Origin: an uncultured Rickettsiales bacterium
GTDB taxonomy: Bacteria > Pseudomonadota > Alphaproteobacteria > Rickettsiales > UBA8987
Length of the DNA: 64,000 nucleotides
Reading direction: 5' to 3'
Assembly (NCBI GenBank): GCA_964588995.1
Contig: CAZPQM010000010.1
Span: 910-64,909, forward strand
The position numbers and the translations under genes are program-made. The notes under the pieces were generated by a model. That model made no database searches, had not been told where the DNA came from, and saw only the letters and a list, made by a program, of their open reading frames with translations. This document shows, piece after piece, positions 27,057 through 36,261 of the stretch; the first letter of the stretch is position 1; each line of letters opens with the position of its first letter.

Positions 27057-30000
27057 TTACGGGGCCTGAATCGTAAAGGGAATACTGCGCTTAAAGAGGT
27101 CGCCCGCTACCAGCACCTGAATGGCGCGAATATCAAAATCCGGATCAAAGCCATAGGTCACAACACCATTGCTGGAACTGACGCTGTTGCGCTCAATGGT
27201 CTGCGAGCGTTCGTCATAGGCGACCACCCCGATGATGCGGTCCTGCATGTCGGGTGGTAAGGTGACGTTGACCGAACGCATCATACCCTGCTCTTCAAAC
27301 GAAATGGTTACCCCATTATATGCCGTTGGAGTAAAACGGTCCTCCATGGAATTCACACGATACTGCAGCACATCAACATTGACCGGCAGCGTCAATCGCA
27401 CATTACCTTCGACCAGCCCGATATTACCCAGCTCCACCGCATTGTTCAGCGCAATAGAACGGTCTCCGCCAACATCACCTCCAGGCAAGGGCTCAAGCTC
27501 CATTTCTGTAAATATACCGCTTTCAAAATCCGATTCGGCCGCATACACTTCATTACCGGCAACATCTTTCACGCTATTAATATCTACCGAAACCGTACCG
27601 CCTTTACCGGACTCCACGTTCATCAACCCACTGAAGCGTCCAAGCAGCGGGAGTTGCACTTGGTCACCCGTTTCCCGGATCTGGCCCAGACGGAGCGCGA
27701 ACGGACCCGCATTAAACACATATGGCCCTTCGAAGACGACCAGCTCGCTTTGCAGGATCTTTTCGTATTGCTCCGCCGACACTTTATACGGGAGCGGCGG
27801 CACATCCATCGGTCGACCACTGCTTGTAAACAGGTCGTCCGGTAGATTGACCGGCGGTGCAGGTGGCAACGCCTGCGTCTCAGGCTGAGGAGCGACTATC
27901 GGCGGCGGCGCAATGGGCTCTGCAGGCACGGGAGATGGCGGCGCTATAGGCTCACCCGGCAGCGGCGGCACTCCGACATCTTCACCCGGAAGCGGGGGCG
28001 GCATATCACCGCCTAGTTGTGCCGGAGGCGCCGGCGGTGGTGGCTCTAACGATTGACCCGGAACCGGTGCGGGAGGCGGCGGTGGCACCGCCATGCCCTG
28101 ATTTACGGGGGCCGGTGGCGGGGGCACATTGACAGGTTGATCAATCTGCTCAGGCGCATCCGGCGCCTGAATCGCAGGTGGCGGCGGAGCCATCGGTGGA
28201 GCACCAATCGGGCGTTGTTTGCTGGCAGGCGGGGGAGCTACACTGCCCTGAATCGCATCACCGATCATACTGCTGATCACCGCATAGGCCGCATAGGATG
28301 CAATCAGGAACAATACGAACAGGATAATAAAGAATTTCCAGAATTTAGACTTTTTGTAACGATGCACTTCGGTCTTCGCGATAATATCGTGCAGGGCCTG
28401 TTTACGACGCGTAAAGAGCGCCATAAAATAGCCGAGGAGCAGTGGTATCGTCGAGACGATTTTCATCAGATTTCTAACAAAGGCGTTACCTTTACTGACT
28501 TTTTCACCACCAGAACGGACGACCTTAATCCCACAAATGCGCTTACCAAAGGTGGCCTGATATTTTCCGCCTTCAAGCAGCGTTGCATAGATCAACCAGA
28601 GTGAAAGACCAAGCAAACCGGCAATGACTTCGCCTCCGTCCGGGCCGATCATCATAACTAAACCGACCGTTATAACGACCAGCAATAGATTGACAATCAA
28701 CCCGTCGATAAGCGCTGCGCCAAACCGGCTCATAAAGCCTGCGAACTGTTGATTCGGATCATTTTTCGCAGCAATAAAGTCCGGCATATCCTCCTGGTGA
28801 TCGTCTGCAGGGGAGGCTTTGGAAGCCGGTTTTCGCGACGGAGCGGAAGGCGGTTCAGGCGGTTGCTCGGATGCGATCCCTTCACCATGCCCGGCATCAA
28901 TATTGCTGGTTGCGGCGCTGGCCGCCGCGAGCGGGTCAATACCCTGACCGATTTCTTCCGGCTGCACATCTTTTCCGGACTCAACGTCGGACCAGGAGCT
29001 GGAAAGCCCTTCTCCTGCTGGCGCAGGTTCTGCAGGTTGGGGTGGTACGGCACCGGAAGGGTGTTGCGGATGTGGCGGCGGCCCGGCAGCCGGCGCAGGC
29101 TCTGAAGTTTGCGGTTGTGGCTGTAGCGGCGGAGGTGACGCCACGGTTTGTGACGGCGTTTCCGCGTTGGGCGCTTGCTGCATCGTATCGGTCACGGGCG
29201 GTACCTGCCCTTGCGCTCCGTGCTCAACATCGGACCAGGAGGATTTGCTTCCCGGCATGGCATTCATCGTATCTGTAACGCTGGACGGCTGATTGACAGG
29301 CGCTTCCGGTTGCGGTTGCGGGCTGGGCATATCCGTGGAGGCGCTCGCAAACGGGCTGGCTTCTTCTTGTTGTGACTCCCCTGATTGTTCGGCTGCAGGA
29401 GGAACTGCTTCCGGTTCGGGGGGAGGCTCTGGTGTTGCCATTGGTTGCTCGCCACCGGCTGCCGTTTCAGAAAAAGGCGAGGCCATTTCACCATATTCCG
29501 GTAGCTGCCCGGGTAATTCCTGAACGGATTGTGTTGGTTCAGCTGCAGGTGGGGCGGGCTGCTCGGGCACCGGTTCCGGCGGTACAATAGGGTTGATGGG
29601 CTCGGGTGGCGCATTTTCCTGCATCGGGGGCTGCTCAGGCTGCGCTGGCGGCAACTCCGGTTGAGGAGGCGGTTGTTGCGCTGCGGCAGGCTCTACCGAT
29701 TCAACTGGCGCTGGCTCGGGCGGCTGCGGCATTTCCATTTGCGGCTCCGACGCCTCGTCACCGCCGGATTCAATCGTGCTCCAACTGCTCGTGGCCAATG
29801 CTTCGCTGGGAGAATCACTTTCTGGCTGCGGGGTGTGCACAGGCTCAACCTCGGGCATTGGCGCAAGTTCCTCAGCTGGCGGCTCTACCCTGTTTTCAGA
29901 GGGTTGTGCCGAAGACAGTTCAGCTGCAGCAGGCTGTTCATCCATAAAAGAAATTGGCTCCGGTTCGGCGGGTAACTCCGGCTGCGCGGGTGCATTCGCA

Positions 30001-30635
30001 ACGGTTTCTGCCGACGGTTGCTCCGCAGGCGACGCTTCCGGTACAGGCGGCATTACCGGGTCGACCATAGGCTCCGGCGAGGGTGGTAACTCGGCATCAC
30101 GCCCCGGAATCGGTGGCGTATTATCTGCTGAAGGTGCGGGTGGCTCGGGTTGCACATCCCCTTCAGGCCGCATATGTTCAGGTACCGGGTTTTCCGGCAG
30201 CGGAGGTTCAAAAGCCGGCGGTGGTGCAATTTCCGGTGCTTCTTGAGAGGCCGCTTCCGAGTCCTCTGGCGCTTCGGAACCGGTCTGGCCGGACATATCC
30301 AATGTCGTCACCGGCTGCTCACCGGTCATCACCTGCGGATCGTCGGGACGGCTTTGTGGCTGGGGCTGCTCCGGCGCGGCTTCCGTTTCCTGCGGCTGTG
30401 TTTCTGTTGCAGCTTGGGGCTCTTGCGGTAGTGTTTCCTGCGGTTCGGCAGCAGGCTGATTCGGATCGGGCGGGGTGTTTTCCGGTATAGGAGCAGCAGC
30501 ATCACCCGGATCGCCCGGCATAGCGAACGGGTTGGCATAGGGGTCGTGCCCCTGATTATCCTCCGTAGGAGGTGGCTGATTTTCGGGTGTTTTTTCGTCC
30601 CCACTCATAGATTTATCTACCTGATTAACCTTCAA
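27057..30635 (-). CDS. 1192-aa proline-rich protein with a central RDD membrane domain
   Basis: aa ~631-770, FAGFMSRFGAALIDGLIV...ATFGKRICGIKVV...QALHDIIAKTEV, is an RDD-family pattern with TM helices. The N-terminal ~590 aa are P/E/Q-rich and carry three SSWS(D/T)(V/I)E(S/H)G motifs. The C-terminal part is a proline-rich linker plus a ~300-aa domain with ordinary (non-low-complexity) composition. Confidence 0.75.
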   Translation of the reverse strand: MKVNQVDKSMSGDEKTPENQPPPTEDNQGHDPYANPFAMPGDPGDAAAPIPENTPPDPNQPAAEPQETLPQEPQAATETQPQETEAAPEQPQPQSRPDDPQVMTGEQPVTTLDMSGQTGSEAPEDSEAASQEAPEIAPPPAFEPPLPENPVPEHMRPEGDVQPEPPAPSADNTPPIPGRDAELPPSPEPMVDPVMPPVPEASPAEQPSAETVANAPAQPELPAEPEPISFMDEQPAAAELSSAQPSENRVEPPAEELAPMPEVEPVHTPQPESDSPSEALATSSWSTIESGGDEASEPQMEMPQPPEPAPVESVEPAAAQQPPPQPELPPAQPEQPPMQENAPPEPINPIVPPEPVPEQPAPPAAEPTQSVQELPGQLPEYGEMASPFSETAAGGEQPMATPEPPPEPEAVPPAAEQSGESQQEEASPFASASTDMPSPQPQPEAPVNQPSSVTDTMNAMPGSKSSWSDVEHGAQGQVPPVTDTMQQAPNAETPSQTVASPPPLQPQPQTSEPAPAAGPPPHPQHPSGAVPPQPAEPAPAGEGLSSSWSDVESGKDVQPEEIGQGIDPLAAASAATSNIDAGHGEGIASEQPPEPPSAPSRKPASKASPADDHQEDMPDFIAAKNDPNQQFAGFMSRFGAALIDGLIVNLLLVVITVGLVMMIGPDGGEVIAGLLGLSLWLIYATLLEGGKYQATFGKRICGIKVVRSGGEKVSKGNAFVRNLMKIVSTIPLLLGYFMALFTRRKQALHDIIAKTEVHRYKKSKFWKFFIILFVLFLIASYAAYAVISSMIGDAIQGSVAPPPASKQRPIGAPPMAPPPPAIQAPDAPEQIDQPVNVPPPPAPVNQGMAVPPPPPAPVPGQSLEPPPPAPPAQLGGDMPPPLPGEDVGVPPLPGEPIAPPSPVPAEPIAPPPIVAPQPETQALPPAPPVNLPDDLFTSSGRPMDVPPLPYKVSAEQYEKILQSELVVFEGPYVFNAGPFALRLGQIRETGDQVQLPLLGRFSGLMNVESGKGGTVSVDINSVKDVAGNEVYAAESDFESGIFTEMELEPLPGGDVGGDRSIALNNAVELGNIGLVEGNVRLTLPVNVDVLQYRVNSMEDRFTPTAYNGVTISFEEQGMMRSVNVTLPPDMQDRIIGVVAYDERSQTIERNSVSSSNGVVTYGFDPDFDIRAIQVLVAGDLFKRSIPFTIQAP

Positions 30636-30728
30636 AACCTACTATAAAGGGTAGCATGTATGCCAAGGCTTTGGCAAGCGGTGGCGACAGATACTCTCTT
30701 CTTTACCCGCAACGTTGCCGATAAGTAA

Positions 30729-32363
30729 CTACTTGATGAGCGCCGCTTTCAGCAACCGTTTAGTATAAGCTCGTTTCGGCTCCTTAAAGAGTTGTTCACG
30801 AGTGCCTGACTCGATAATTTTCCCGTCTTTCATAACCACGATATGATGCGCGATGGTTTTGATCACCCGCAGATCATGCGTGATGAACAGATAGGCTATT
30901 CCGCGCTTTTTCTGAATGTTTTTCAACACTTTTAAAATGGCAGATTGTGTCGAGACATCCAACGCGGAAGTAGGTTCATCGAGCATGATAATATCGGGTT
31001 TGAGAATCAGTGCGCGTGCCACACCGACGCGCTGACGCTGCCCACCGGAGAGCGCATGCGGGTAACGGTGGTAAAATTCCGGGTCCAGCTCCACCTCCTC
31101 TAACGCCGCTTCCGCCAATGTTTTCCGTGCCTGCTTATCCTTACCGATCTGATGCGCGAGCAACCCCTCTTCCAGAATCTGCCCGATGGTCAGGCGCGGA
31201 TTCAGGCTCGCATAAGGGTCCTGAAACACCACCTGCATCGATTGGCGAAGCTCGCGCATATGCTCCTTGCCGTAGCCATGTATCGGCTTGCCGTTCAGCG
31301 TAATTTTCCCTTCGCTTTCTATCAGCCGCAAAAGCGCCATCGCCATGGTCGTCTTGCCGGAACCGCTTTCCCCCACCACACCAAGCGTCTCGCCCTTTTC
31401 AATCGCGACCGAAATGCTATCCACCGCGGTGAAGGAGGCTTTCACCTTGCCAAAAAACCCTTTTTTCGTCGGGAAGCGAACGGAGACCCTGTTCGCCTCG
31501 ATCACTTTCTGCCCTTGATTGGCGGCATTTAGTTTCACCGGACGACCGCGCGGCGCGGCGCCAAGCAGCATTCTGGTATAATCATGCTGCGGTGCATTAA
31601 AGAGGGTCTTTGTTTCACCTTGCTCGACCAGATTGCCCTGATGCATGACAGCAACCTCGTGTGCCATGTGCTTTACGATGGTGAGATCATGCGTGATCAA
31701 TAGCAGCGCCATATTATGCTGTTTTTGCAATTGCTTCAGCAGCTCGAGAATTTCCGCCTGTACCGTTACATCAAGCGCGGTGGTCGGTTCATCAGCGATG
31801 AGGATATCCGGATCATTAGCAAGCGCCATGGCAATCATCACACGCTGCCGCTGACCGCCGGATAGCTGGTGCGGGAATGCATCAAGCCGGTCGCGTAAAC
31901 TTTCCAGTCCGACTTTAGCAAGCAATGACTGTGCTTTTTCTAACGAGGCTTTATCCGATAGCGGCTGGTGCAATTGGATGGCCTCGATCAGCTGTTTCCC
32001 CAGTCGGTGAAGCGGGTTAAGGGAGGTCATTGGCTCCTGAAAAATCATGGCAATTTCACGACCACGAATCGCTCGCAGATTGCCCTCCTTCATCTGCAGC
32101 AGATCCTGTTCCTTATAGATAACCTGTCCGCTCGGATGGCTCGCCGCCGGATAGGGGAGTAATTTGAGAACCGAGAGCGCCGAGACGGACTTACCGGAGC
32201 CGCTTTCACCGACAAGCGCGATCGTTCTCCCGGCTTTCACATCGAATGAAACCCGGTCTACCACGCGGTTTTCTTCCATCTCACCAGTCAGTCGATTACG
32301 GCCGCGAAACGCGACTGAGAGCTGCTTTACCTGCAGTAGAGATGGAGGAGAATCCTGTGCCAT
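30729..32363 (-). CDS. ABC transporter ATP-binding protein with duplicated ATPase domains (YejF/oligopeptide type)
   Basis: Two Walker A motifs (GESGSGKS twice), two LSGGQRQR signatures and two Walker B motifs (LIADEPT, IMLDEPT). No permease or binding-protein genes are adjacent. Confidence 0.8.
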   Translation of the reverse strand: MAQDSPPSLLQVKQLSVAFRGRNRLTGEMEENRVVDRVSFDVKAGRTIALVGESGSGKSVSALSVLKLLPYPAASHPSGQVIYKEQDLLQMKEGNLRAIRGREIAMIFQEPMTSLNPLHRLGKQLIEAIQLHQPLSDKASLEKAQSLLAKVGLESLRDRLDAFPHQLSGGQRQRVMIAMALANDPDILIADEPTTALDVTVQAEILELLKQLQKQHNMALLLITHDLTIVKHMAHEVAVMHQGNLVEQGETKTLFNAPQHDYTRMLLGAAPRGRPVKLNAANQGQKVIEANRVSVRFPTKKGFFGKVKASFTAVDSISVAIEKGETLGVVGESGSGKTTMAMALLRLIESEGKITLNGKPIHGYGKEHMRELRQSMQVVFQDPYASLNPRLTIGQILEEGLLAHQIGKDKQARKTLAEAALEEVELDPEFYHRYPHALSGGQRQRVGVARALILKPDIIMLDEPTSALDVSTQSAILKVLKNIQKKRGIAYLFITHDLRVIKTIAHHIVVMKDGKIIESGTREQLFKEPKRAYTKRLLKAALIK

Positions 32364-32495
32364 GCGGCTACCTTATACGAAAAGCAGGCGCGCAAGGGAA
32401 CGGAAAAACGGGTGTTTGAGAAAAAATCACGCGCGGCGCTTGCTTTTTTGCGTTTATGCCGTTATATACATGGCTCTTTTTTACACCATCGGCAT

Positions 32496-32571
32496 GATCC
32501 CGTAGCTCAGTTGGTAGAGCGTCTGACTTTTAATCAGAATGTCACAGGTTCGAATCCTGTCGGGATCACCA
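32496..32571 (+). tRNA. tRNA-Lys (anticodon UUU)
   Basis: Hand-folded cloverleaf: acceptor gatcccg/cgggatc, D arm gctc-agttggta-gagc, anticodon arm tctga-cTTTTaa-tcaga, T arm acagg-ttcgaat-cctgt, discriminator A, encoded CCA. 76 nt. Confidence 0.95.
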
Positions 32572-32684
32572 ATTTTTAATGTGAGATTTCAACGCTTTTC
32601 TTTACCTACTGCGATTCACATGGGGGAATCAGGTCATTGCCCTTTTTAATGGTATATGTGCCTTTCTATGTTATGTAGCGTGCT

Positions 32685-33740
32685 ATGGAGCAGTTGCCTA
32701 CTATTACCCATATCCACGCCGTACTCGTCACCTATCGGCCGGATCCGGCAGTTACGGATCGGCTGGAGGCAACCCATAAGCAGGTGGAAAAACTCATAAT
32801 TATAGACAATGCTTCCGATGCGGCAACCGTAGAAAGGCTGCAAACCTATGCGGCACAGCATGAGAAAACGGTGGACCTTATCCTGAACGAGCATAATAAA
32901 GGCCTCGCAGCTGCGCAGAATCAGGGCATCCGCTACGCGCTGGAGCATGGCGCGGACTGGATATTGCTGCTGGATGATGACTCCACCCCAGCCGAAGCTA
33001 TGGTGCAGATATTATTGGATTTCCTGCCCCGGCGTGGCGACGGTGGCCCTCAAGGCAAACCAACCGCCCTGCTGGCTCCGCATATAATCCAGCCCGACAG
33101 CCCGCACCCGACGCGTTATGTCGTACCGAGGGGTAAGCTCGGCTTTCGGCGAGTGCATTTTAGTGGCCGTCATTCTGAACGAGGCGCAGCCGAGTCGAAG
33201 AATCTTCCTCCTGACCAAGTAAGATCCTTCGATTCCGTGCAAGCGCGCTTCACTCAGGATGACAACGAGCAGAACACCCTCTACCCGACAACCGTCATCG
33301 CCTCCGGCTCGCTGATCCATGCGGATGTGCTGCGGGAAATCGGGCTGATGCGGGAGGATTTTTTTATCGACTATATCGATACGGAATTTTGTCTGCGTCT
33401 GCGTAAGCATGGCTACCCTATCATTGTGGTGCGTGATGCTGAACTGACGCACCATATTGGCGCTAAGCAGGCCCATGCGCTGGGTGTGGTCACCTCCAAC
33501 CATAGCGCAAAACGCCGCTATACCATCTTCCGCAACCGCTTCATCGTCTGGAAACAGTATCATCGCTCCTCCCCACACTATGTTCTCTATGACGCGATGG
33601 CAGCGTGTTATGATCTCTTCCGCATTCTTGCTTTTGAGCAGCAAAAACGTAGTAAGCTAGGCGCCGCTTTAAGGGGTTTATGGCATGGGGTACGCGGCAA
33701 AATGGATTTTGTCCCTTACATATTGTTAAAAAATGAATAG
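32685..33740 (+). CDS. family 2 glycosyltransferase (rhamnosyltransferase-like)
   Basis: VLVTYRP, IIIDNASD, GLAAAQNQG and LLLDDDS (DxD) motifs. It carries a 32-codon repeat insertion at aa 162-193. Confidence 0.8.
   Translation: MEQLPTITHIHAVLVTYRPDPAVTDRLEATHKQVEKLIIIDNASDAATVERLQTYAAQHEKTVDLILNEHNKGLAAAQNQGIRYALEHGADWILLLDDDSTPAEAMVQILLDFLPRRGDGGPQGKPTALLAPHIIQPDSPHPTRYVVPRGKLGFRRVHFSGRHSERGAAESKNLPPDQVRSFDSVQARFTQDDNEQNTLYPTTVIASGSLIHADVLREIGLMREDFFIDYIDTEFCLRLRKHGYPIIVVRDAELTHHIGAKQAHALGVVTSNHSAKRRYTIFRNRFIVWKQYHRSSPHYVLYDAMAACYDLFRILAFEQQKRSKLGAALRGLWHGVRGKMDFVPYILLKNE
33168..33263. repeat. 96-bp hairpin element (ORF-less relative of the GIY-YIG element) inserted in-frame in the GT2 gene
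   Basis: Left arm gtcattctgaacgagg..gtcgaagaatctt (33169-33206), 14-nt loop, right arm aagatccttcg..cttcactcaggatgac (33221-33263). Position 33168 is codon position 1 and the length is exactly 32 codons, encoding RHSERGAAESKNLPPDQVRSFDSVQARFTQDD. Confidence 0.7.
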
Positions 33741-33859
33741 GTTGCGCTCTTAAATAAAGTCTCGAATAGTAATATGGATACAGAAACCATACTCCAGCAG
33801 TTGCGAGAGGCGTGAGAACAGGATAGAACAGCGCAGAGGTAATAAAGCGGATTAAGCAT

Positions 33860-35605
33860 ATGACAGACGCATTGGATATGAACACGCTGCTGAGCGCGAA
33901 TAGCTGGCCGTTTCAGGAGGCAAAAAAGCTCAAAGAGCGTATCGAAAAAACACCGCCGGAAAAAGGCTATGTGCTGTTTGAAACCGGCTACGGCCCTTCC
34001 GGCCTGCCGCATATCGGCACGTTCGGCGAAGTGTTCCGCACGACTATGGTCCGTCAGGCCTTTGCGCGGATTTCCCACTATCCGACCCGGCTGATCGCCT
34101 TCTCGGATGATATGGACGGTTTGCGTAAAGTTCCGGATAACGTGCCAAACCCGAAGCTACTTGAGGCAAATCTGGGCAAGCCACTCACCGAAGTGCCCGA
34201 CCCGTTTGAGCAATATGACAGCTTCGCCGCGCATAACAACGCTAAGCTTCGTGAGTTTCTTGATCAGTTCGGCTTCGCCTATGAATTCAAAAGCGCAACG
34301 GAATGCTACCGCTCCGGTGAGTTCGATGAGGCGCTACTGGCCGCCCTGAAGCAATATGACGCTATTATGAAAATTATGCTGCCGACGCTCGGAGAAGAAC
34401 GTCAGCAAACCTATTCGCCCTTTATGCCGATTGACCCCGAAACGCGGCAGGTCTTACAGGTCAAAACCTTAGAGACGCGACCCGAACAAGGTACGATTAT
34501 ATATGAGCACCCTGAACACGGGCCAACCGAAACCAAAGTCACGGGCGGCGCCGTCAAACTGCAATGGAAACCTGATTGGGGCATGCGCTGGGCGGCGCTG
34601 GGTGTCGATTATGAAATGCACGGTAAGGATCTAACGCCATCGGTGGTGGTGTCGAGCAAGATTGCACGTGTGCTGTTGAAAGAGATGTATACTCGTAACT
34701 CCCCCTTGACGGGGGAGCCTGAGAATGCGGATGCATTGTCAGGTGGGGGTGGTATTATCCAAACCCACACCCCCCCTCCTGCATCTAAGATGCAGACTCC
34801 CCCGCAAGGGGGGAGTTACACCCTACCCGAACCGCCACTGACCTACGTCTATGAAATGTTTTTGGATGAGAAGGGCGAGAAAATTTCCAAATCCAAAGGC
34901 AACGGCATCAGTCTGGAGGATTGGCTGAGTTACGGTACGCCGGAAAGCCTTGCACTCTATATGTTCAATAATCCGCGCAAGGCCAAACGGCTGTATTTCG
35001 ACGTGATCCCTCAGCATGTCGATGAATATCTGAAACATCTGCAAGCGGTTGACCCCGAGAATCATGTGAAGCTGCTGCTGAATCCGGTCTGGCATATTCA
35101 TAACGGTGAGGTGCCGGAGGACGCAGTACCGATAACTTTCAGCCTGCTGCTCAACCTCGCAAGCGCGTGCAACCCGGAAGATAAATCGGTGCTCTGGGGC
35201 TTTATTACGCGCTATCAGCCGGACGCTATGCCGGAAACGCATAAACTGCTCGATGAGCTGGTGGAATATGCGATTGCGTACTATGAAGATTTTGTGAAAC
35301 CGCATAAGGAATATCACACGCTCTGCGACAAAGGCCGCGCGATCATGGAAGATATGAAGGACCGGCTACGCAAGGTTGCTGATCCGAATGATCCGGCAGA
35401 ATTGCAGCAAGTGGTGCTGGATACGGCAAAAGCGCATGGTTTTGAAAAAGACACGATGCGTGATGCCTATAAGCTGCTGTACCGCACCCTCTTCGGGCAG
35501 GAATCCGGGCCGCGCATGGGGAGCTTCATCGCGCTTTACGGGGTCGAGGAAACAATCGGGCTGATAGACGAAGCGCTCGCGCGGACCAACGATGAAGCGG
35601 CGTAA
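33860..35605 (+). CDS. lysS: lysyl-tRNA synthetase, class I
   Basis: FETGYGPSGLPHIGTFGEV (HIGH-type) and GEKISKSKGNG (KMSKS-type) motifs with class I LysRS organisation. A ~45-50-aa repeat-derived insertion lies ~25 aa upstream of the KISKS loop. Confidence 0.9.
   Translation: MTDALDMNTLLSANSWPFQEAKKLKERIEKTPPEKGYVLFETGYGPSGLPHIGTFGEVFRTTMVRQAFARISHYPTRLIAFSDDMDGLRKVPDNVPNPKLLEANLGKPLTEVPDPFEQYDSFAAHNNAKLREFLDQFGFAYEFKSATECYRSGEFDEALLAALKQYDAIMKIMLPTLGEERQQTYSPFMPIDPETRQVLQVKTLETRPEQGTIIYEHPEHGPTETKVTGGAVKLQWKPDWGMRWAALGVDYEMHGKDLTPSVVVSSKIARVLLKEMYTRNSPLTGEPENADALSGGGGIIQTHTPPPASKMQTPPQGGSYTLPEPPLTYVYEMFLDEKGEKISKSKGNGISLEDWLSYGTPESLALYMFNNPRKAKRLYFDVIPQHVDEYLKHLQAVDPENHVKLLLNPVWHIHNGEVPEDAVPITFSLLLNLASACNPEDKSVLWGFITRYQPDAMPETHKLLDELVEYAIAYYEDFVKPHKEYHTLCDKGRAIMEDMKDRLRKVADPNDPAELQQVVLDTAKAHGFEKDTMRDAYKLLYRTLFGQESGPRMGSFIALYGVEETIGLIDEALARTNDEAA
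34695..34819. repeat. composite palindromic element inside lysS, translated in-frame
   Basis: The outer units gtaa-ctccccc-ttgac-gggggag (34695-) and ctccccc-gcaag-gggggag-ttac (-34819) are each hairpins and are inverted repeats of one another. Further hairpins lie between them (cctgagaatgc/gcattgtcagg, ctgcatct/agatgcag). Confidence 0.55.
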
Positions 35606-36179
35606 AGAAGATGCTTCCGGCAATCTCTCCGCTCGTAATCAGGGTGGGAGAGAGGGGCTACGCTCTGGAGAGGATGGGGGTGAGATGGCCCCCCTCCCAA
35701 CCTCCCCGCGCACGCAGGGGGAGGAGTTAAAGGTAAACAGCACGCCGGGAGAAAAGCTAAAGAATATCTCTCTCCCGCCTACGGAAAATCCACTCATCTC
35801 CCCCCCCCTTGCGGAAAATCCCCCTATCTCCCCCCCGCCTGCGGGGGGGATTAAGGGGGGGCCAAAAGCCCCTGCCAGTCATCCTACCCATCTCCTGCGC
35901 TTTGTCGTCCGCCGGGTTATCGGGGCGAATGTCCTGCTGCTGACCGTCATCGGAGTGTGCCTGCTTGAATACCGCCATGCGCTGCTTTTGGCAGGGCTTT
36001 GCGCATTCGGATTCCTACATAATTTCAACCTGCTGAGATGGTATATCACGGAAAAGGCAGATTACCTCACTCCGGAGATACGTTCGCAGCTCGCTCCCAT
36101 CATGTTCATCATACCCGGCTTGCTCACCACGCCATACCTGATCGCTGCGTTGGCAGGGCTCGTGCTGTTTACGGTGTGA
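35592..36179 (+). CDS. possible small membrane protein (only the C-terminal half looks genuine)
   Basis: In the 195-aa ORF the first ~95 aa are a translation of the repeat cluster. The last ~95 aa have three hydrophobic helices (VIGANVLLLTVIGVCLL, LLLAGLCAFGFL, IMFIIPGLLTTPYLIAALAGLVLF). The true start is unknown. Confidence 0.3.
   Translation: MKRRKEDASGNLSARNQGGREGLRSGEDGGEMAPLPTSPRTQGEELKVNSTPGEKLKNISLPPTENPLISPPLAENPPISPPPAGGIKGGPKAPASHPTHLLRFVVRRVIGANVLLLTVIGVCLLEYRHALLLAGLCAFGFLHNFNLLRWYITEKADYLTPEIRSQLAPIMFIIPGLLTTPYLIAALAGLVLFTV
35640..35870. repeat. cluster of C-tract/G-tract hairpin repeats downstream of lysS
   Basis: ctctggagagg..gggggtgag resembles the kdsB element's right arm. 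There is a hairpin cctcccc-gcgcacgca-ggggagg, direct repeats cggaaaatccNcNNatctccccccc at 30-nt spacing, and a hairpin tccccccc-gcctgc-ggggggga. Confidence 0.5.
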
Positions 36180-36261
36180 CAGATTTTGCGTATATCCCTT
36201 GCATCGCCACGCCGATTCAATTAGATAGGAATTTTGGGTAACCTGAACTTACTATAGCATT

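Noticed and set aside
27232-30490. Plus-strand ORFs (up to 218 aa) overlapping the RDD protein gene
   Set aside because: They are antisense or alternate-frame products of proline-codon-rich DNA, with no domain features. The minus frame contains a clear RDD domain.
32496-35605. tRNA-Lys(UUU) lying 1.3 kb upstream of the class I lysyl-tRNA synthetase gene, as a possible functional cluster
   Set aside because: An unrelated GT2 gene separates them and there is no evidence of co-regulation. This is most likely coincidence.
35781-35840. Direct repeats cggaaaatccNcNNatctccccccc with 30-nt periodicity, checked as a possible CRISPR array
   Set aside because: There are only two units with essentially no unique spacers. 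They are embedded in hairpin repeats and no cas genes are present, so this is not a CRISPR array.
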